DNA of 26,072 nt from Chiloscyllium plagiosum (taxonomy: Eukaryota). The translations under genes and the position numbers were made by a program. Under the pieces are notes generated by a model. The model ran no database searches, had not been told where the DNA came from, and worked only from the letters and a program-made list of their open reading frames with translations. Below, piece by piece: positions 20,330 to 26,072 of this stretch (positions are counted from its first letter, which is position 1; each line of letters begins with the position of its first letter). The stretch covers positions 23,484,560 through 23,510,631 of the forward strand of contig NC_057720.1 in the NCBI RefSeq assembly GCF_004010195.1. The letters run 5' to 3'.

Positions 20330-21632
20330 GATGTGTACTGCCTGCAGGATTTCCCGGGGGGAGGCTACTTTGACATCACCTTCAGGAGCGTGAAGCAATG
20401 CGAGCAGCTCCTGAAGGTCTTCAAGGAAAAGGAAGAGGAGCTGCTGTTCTCCATCTTGTCGGCGGTCCTGTTGTGTGCCTCCTGCACAGAGGAGTCGGGT
20501 TGTTACAATCCACATGTACAACCCCTATGTTCCAGCAACCGATGTCCTGACGTTCCTGAGAAGATATGTGCAGGTTGAGGGACAAAGCACCGACGTGGTT
20601 GACCCTTTCGGGATCTGGACCAGCAAACGACAGGTCAAGGTAATCCTGAGGTTTGATGCCAGCGGGAACATCCTCCACCCACCCTCCAGCTTTGCTATTG
20701 GAGGGAGCAGAGAGTGCCTGACTTACGCAGGGCAGCCGAAAGTGTGCCGAACCTGCGGGAGGTCAGGCCACATGGCGGTGGACTGCAAGGTCATGATTTG
20801 TCGGAACTGCAAGAAGGAGGGCCAGCTGAACAAAGAATGAAAGGATGCAAAAAACTGCAATCCATGCGGGGAGGCGGGTCACGTGTACAAGGCCTGCCCA
20901 AGACGAGGGACCGCCACCTATGCGCAGATGGCCGGGGGTGGGCCGCAAACGGACAGCAAGGCACCACAAACCAGCAAGGGAATGGTGTCTGGGGGCACGC
21001 AAAAGGAAGGACAGGCCGGGGCAGAGCAGATGTCAGCTACTGGAGAGGTACAGCTGCCGAGCGAAGCTCCGACAGGACAGGCGGAGGAGGAGGAGAAGGG
21101 AAAGAAGGAGGCAGAGGAACGGATCCCGGTACAAAACAAGGGGAAGAAAACCCAGCCGGCTGCCAAAACCTCCCAGAAAAAGGGGAAAAGGCAGCTGCAC
21201 GGGGAAAACACGGAGAGCTCTTCGGAGGGTAACGACGGGCGCAAGGAGGGTCGTCACCAAAAGAAGAGGCAGAGCGCTGCGGGGAGAAAGAAGAGCAGCA
21301 ACTGCCAACCAAGGGACGAACCTCCTGAGGCAATGGGAAACTACCACCCCCCACCAGGTGAAAACCAGGAGGGCCCCACCGCCACCCAGCTCCAGGTCAC
21401 TGGGAGCAGCGACCCTCTGACAGCCCCGCTGTCAGATATAGAAGCAGACAGCGTGGACCCTGGTACCGGCCCGATGACACCAGACAGGGCAAATGGGCCG
21501 AGTGAGGAATTGGACAGATACCTCAGCCCTGCGAGGGTCCAGCAGTTCGTGTTCTGTATGGGGATGCAGACAGCTTCCCCAGAGGGGCAGGACCAGCGGC
21601 AATCGGACACGGGTAACCTCACAACTTGTTAA
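20330..21632 (+). pseudogene. Tx1 ORF1 (gag-like, three CCHC knuckles, disordered C-terminus), disrupted
   Basis: DVYCLQDFPGGGYFDITF; YAGQPKVCRTCGRSGHMAVDC; CRNCKKEGQLNKE*; CNPCGEAGHVYKAC. Frameshifts at ~20475 and ~20850; stop at 20838-20840. Confidence 0.9.
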
Positions 21633-21636
21633 AATA

Positions 21637-24600
21637 ATGAAGATAAAAATTGTAAGTATTAATGTGCGCAGCATAAAATCTGCTGCGCGATGTGTTTCAA
21701 CGCTGGCCTTCCTGGCCAACGTCAAAGCCAATGTCCTGTTTCTGCAGGAGTGTGGGATACCGCATCTCAGCAGTTACAGGAGATGGTCGAGCTTGTGGGC
21801 CCATGGGCCGTCAGTGTGGTCGGGGGGCAATGATAACTGCTCCTCAGGCCTGGGTATCCTGTTGCGGGGAGGCAGCTTCACCATCTCCGAGGTTAAGGAG
21901 GTGGTGGGCGGGCACTTCCTCGTCGTGGATGTTACATACAGAAACGCCCCCGTGGGACTAATCAACGTGTACGCCCCAGCGGGTAAGAGTGAACGGTTGG
22001 CAGTCCTGCAACAGCTTCCACTGTTGCTGGCTACATCCAGGCCGGTCATTCTGGCCGGAGACTTCAACTGTATCACTGATGCAGATGGACGATCCGGCGG
22101 GTTGGACAGTAAACTGGACGCTACGTCCAGAGCCCTGATGGAAACGGTCAAAGATGCCAAGCTGCATGTCGTCTTCAGCACCCCTGGTACACCTGGTCAC
22201 GGGCGGCCGGGTCTATCCGCTCAAGGATAGATTACCTGTTTGTGTCCCGAACGCTCTTGATCAGAACCACCGACGTCAAGCCGGTGTTCTTCTCTGACCA
22301 CTGCCTCCTGCTGGCCGACTGTCCCCTACAGGACGAGCAGCGGGCTGGTAAGGGAACGTGGAAACTGAACACAAAGCTGTTGACCCCGGGAAACATTGAG
22401 GAGCTCAAGAGGGATTACGCAGGTTGGAGAACCGCGAAGCCCCTCTTTGAGTCCCCAGCGGACTGGTGGGAAACAGTAAAATGGAACATCAAGAGGTTCT
22501 TCATCCTCAAAGGTGTTCAGGAGGCGAGACAGAGGCGGGGAAAACTGTCCCAGCTCCAGGAAAGTATGCAGAACCTGCTCCTGCTGCAGACGTTGGGGGT
22601 CAATGTCACGGAGGACCTCCAGGAGGTGAAGGGCCAGCGAGCCTCGCTCTTTGCCTCGTAGGCCTCCAAGATAATCTTCAGGTCCAGGGTCCGCTCCATG
22701 GAGCAGGATGAGACGTGCTCACCTTTCTTCTTCCAGAAGGTGCACAAAGAGAGCTCTGTGCTCAGCAGCCTGAAAAACACAAATATTACTTCCAAAAAAA
22801 AGGAGAGACTAAATGAGCTTGGATTGTTTTTTTCTAGAGCAGAGATGTCTGAGGTGGTGGCACATGATTGTGGTGTGGAAAATTATGAGGCGTATGGAGA
22901 GGGTGAATGTAGAGAAGCCGTTTCCCTTGTGAGTGAATCCATGAGGAAAGGCATCATCACCCTCATCTACAAGCAGAAGAGGGAGAGGGAGGAAATTAGA
23001 AATTGGAGACCAATCTCACTGTTAAACTCAGACTACAAAATCTTGTCAAAGGTCATCGCCAACTGGGTCAGGTCTGCTCTGGGATCGGTGATTCACCCTG
23101 ACCAAACCTGTGCTGTACCGGGCAGGAAGATCACTGAGAGTCTCGCACTCCTCAGAGATACGATTGCCTACGTGCAGGACAGGGGGGTGGACACCTGCCT
23201 CAGCAGCCTGGACCAGGAGAAAGCCTTTGACAGGATATCGCATACATATATGAGGCATGTCCTCTCCAAAATGGGCTTTGAGGAGGGAATTGGTAATTGG
23301 ATCAGACTGCTCTACACCAACATTGTCAGTGCAGTCTCAATCAATGGGTGGGAATCAGATAGCTTCCCAGTCAGATCTGGAGTCAGGCAGGGCTGCCCTC
23401 TTTCATCCGCCTTGTTTGTGTGCTGCATAGAGCTATTTGCCGAATCCATCAGGAAGGATGCGACCCTGAGAGGGGTGACTATACCTGGCAGTGGGGGCCT
23501 GCAGGTTAAGGCCTCCCTGTACATGGATGACTTCACCGTTTTCTGCTCGGATCCGCTGTCCGTGCACAGACTCATGAGCATCTGTGACCAGTTCGAACGG
23601 CCCTCGGGGACCAAGGTAAACTGAGGCAAGAGCGAGGCCATGCTCTTCGGGAACTGGGCCGACCAATCCTCGATCCCCTTCACCGTCAGGACTGACCACC
23701 TGAAGGTGCTGGGTATTTGGTTCGGGGGGGCTGGGGCGTGCGCCAAGACCTGGGAGGAGCGGATCAGGAAGATGAGACAGAAACTAGGTAGATGGGAGCA
23801 ACGGTTGCTCTCCATCACCGGGAAAAACCTGGTCATCAGGTATGAGGTACTCTCAGTATTGTTATATGTGGCACAGGTCTGGTCTATCCCCAGAACCTGT
23901 GCTGCCACAGTCACCCGGGCCATCTTCCACTTCATGTGGAGATCAAAGATGGACCGGGTCCGAAGAGACACAATGTACAAAGACCAGTGCAATGGGGGAA
24001 AAAACATGCCCAAAGCCACCCTCACCCTGATGGCCACCTTTGTGTGTGGCTGCATCAAGCTGTGCATGGATCCCCGGTATGCAAACATCAAGTGTCACTA
24101 CGTACTGAGGTACTACCTGTTCCCGGTGTTGCGAAGGATGGGCCTGGCCTCGCTGCCGCGGAACGCTCCAAGTAGTTGGACTGTTCCGTATCACCTGTTC
24201 TTCATGGAGAAGCTTATGAGGAAAAACACCTTTGACCACAAGTCCATCAGGAAGTGGTCAGCACATACTGTCCTTGAGGTCCTTCGGGAAAAGGAGAGGG
24301 CGAATCCTATCAAGCAGTTCCCTGAGCAGACTGCCAAAGCCATTTGGCAGAATGCCTCATCGCCAGAACTTTCCAACAAGCACCAAGACATGGCTTGGCT
24401 GGTGGTGAGAAGGGCTCTGCCTGTGAGATCCTTTATGCACGCCCGGACTCTTTGCCACACCGCACACTGCCCTCGAAGCGGCTGCGGGGGGGACAAGTCT
24501 GTCACACAGCTCCTTCTGGAATGTGCCTATGCAGAGGAAGTCTGAAGAGGAATGCAGTGGTGTTTGTCGAAGTTCGTCCCGAGCAGCATTGTGACGCGGG

Positions 24601-24850
24601 ACTCCGTGCTCTACGGCTGTTCCCCGGGACGCACACCAAGACGAACATCAACTGTGCCTGGAGGATCATCAACTCGGTGAAGGACGCTCTCTGGGCGGTC
24701 CGAAACCTGTTGATCTTCCAGCTGAAGGAGTTGACTCCGACTGAGTGTTGCAGACTGGCACATTCCAAGGTCCAGGGTTATGTGTTGAGGGACGCGCTGA
24801 AGCTTGGGGCAGCTGCTGCCAAGGCGCGGTGGGGAAAGACCACTGTGTAA
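21637..24850 (+). pseudogene. Tx1 ORF2 (APE endonuclease, reverse transcriptase, C-terminal zinc finger), disrupted
   Basis: SINVRS, LQE, NVYAP, AGDFN, SDH; NWRPISLLNSDYK, DQEKAFD, GVRQGCPLS, YMDD (23520-23531); CPRSGC...QLLLEC. Stops at 22659, 23622 and 24543; frameshifts at ~22190 and ~24615. Confidence 0.95.
22775..22929 (+). mobile_element. Foreign filler containing a decayed CR1 ORF2 C-terminal fragment inside Tx1 ORF2
   Basis: AT-richer patch reading ERLNELGLF, then (shifted) LEQRCLR and MIVVWKIMRRMERVNVEKPFPL, similar to the CR1 pattern ERLxxLGLFSLExRRLRGDxIEVYKIM. Confidence 0.8.
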
Positions 24851-25060
24851 CATCTGCCTGCCAAAAGAAGAACAGGGGGCCCATGCAGTCATTTGGGCTC
24901 TGCTGACACCTCAGCTAAAAATGTAATCGTACAGACCTGTAAATAGGAATGATTACTCTGTTTCGGTATGCAAAGAAATGGAATGTTTACATATGTGTGG
25001 CATGTCCAACTGTACAGACTATCAAAGTATTTTATGAAAAAAGTATATTTTTGAAATAAA

Positions 25061-26072
25061 ACAAAACCTGTGCTGTACCGGGCAGGAAGATCGCTGAGAG
25101 TCTTGCACTCCTCAGGGATACAATCGCCTATGTGCAGGACAGAGGGTTGGACACATGCATCATCAGCCTGGACCATGAGAAAGCCTTTGACAGGATATCA
25201 CACATTTATATGAGAGATATTCTCTCCAAAATGGGCTTCGGGGAGGGAATCTGAAATTGGATCAGACTGCTCTACATCAACATTGTCAGTGCAGTCTCAA
25301 TCAATGGGTGGGAATCAGATAGCTTCCCAGTCAGATCTGGAGTCAGGCAGGGCTGCCCTCTCTCTCCTGCCTTGTTTGTGTGCTGCATAGAGCTGTTTGC
25401 CGAGTCCATCAGGAAGGATCCGAGCCTGAGAGGGATGACTATTCCTGGCAGCGGGGGCCTGCAGGTTAAGGCCTCCCTGTACGGGTGGGTTACGCTTCGG
25501 CGGGTCGGTGTGGACTTGTTGGGCCGAAGGGCCTGTTTCCACACTGTAAGTAATCTAATCTAATCTAAAAAAAAATGTACATGGATGACGTCGCCGTTTT
25601 CTGTTCAGATCCGCTGTCCGTGCACAGACTCATGCGCATATGTGACCAGTTTGAATGGGCCTCGGGGACCAAGGTAAACTGAGGCAAGAGCGAGGCCATG
25701 CTCTTCGGGAATTGGGCCGACCAATCCTTGATCCCCTTCGCCATCAGGACTGACCACCTGAAGGTGCTGGGTATTTGGTTTGGGAGGCTGGGGCGTGCGC
25801 CAAGTCTTGGAAGAAGCGTATCAGCAAAATGAGGCAGAAACTGGCAGATGGAAGCTACGGTCGCTCTCCATCGCAGGAAAAAACCTGGTCATCAGGTGTG
25901 AGGCACTGTCATTGCTGTTATATGTGGCACCGGTCTGGCCTATTCCCAGAACCTGTGCCGCTGCAGTCACCCGGGCCATCTTCCAATTTATATGGAGATC
26001 AAAGATGGACCGGGTCCAAAGGGACTCGATGTATAAAGATCTGGGCAACGGGGGAAAAAATACACCCAATGC
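25061..26072 (+). mobile_element. Tx1-clade copy 3, 5'-truncated within RT, runs off the window
   Basis: Collinear with 23101-24020. Stops at 25252 and 25680, 1-nt deletions near 25785 and 25845, and a SINE insertion. Confidence 0.93.
25483..25575 (+). mobile_element. 5'-truncated young HE1-type SINE tail, TSD TGTAC
   Basis: First 67 nt match 10278-10344 with 1 mismatch; (TAATC)n plus A-tail; TGTAC occurs at 25478-25482 and 25576-25580. Confidence 0.93.

Larger units (their letters stand above)
20330..25060 (+). mobile_element. Tx1-clade (L1 superfamily) retrotransposon copy 2, near full length, 5'-truncated, inactivated
   Basis: ORF1 with zinc knuckles, ORF2 with APE, RT and zinc finger, then 3' UTR and a short A-tail. 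Confidence 0.95.

Noticed and set aside
20714..24892. Many overlapping alternative-frame and antisense ORFs (e.g. 20845-21420, 23312-24091)
   Set aside because: By-products of GC-rich Tx1 coding sequence; no independent motifs.

Overview
Eukaryotic, repeat-dense vertebrate genomic DNA, most likely from a cartilaginous fish (shark). This is inferred from HE1/V-SINE-type SINEs with HER1/CR1-like (TAATC)n tails and abundant CR1 debris; all family names are recognised by eye, not by search. No intact host protein-coding gene is recognisable. Bases 1-19.5 kb are AT-rich and filled with decayed CR1-type LINE pieces, tRNA-derived SINEs and several families of Penelope-like elements (PLEs) whose terminal repeats carry minimal hammerhead ribozyme motifs. 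Three PLE insertions flanked by target-site duplications (TSDs) share one design: an inverted left arm, a right arm, and an unpaired 35-39 nt tail. One of them (6909-7808) encloses ~630 bp of an old CR1 fragment between near-identical arms. Bases 19.9-26 kb are GC-rich and hold three head-to-tail, 5'-truncated, inactivated Tx1-clade (L1 superfamily) retrotransposons. One carries an in-frame CR1-derived patch, and another has a SINE tail inserted at the YMDD codons. Weak splice-signal evidence suggests a possible minus-strand spliced transcript.
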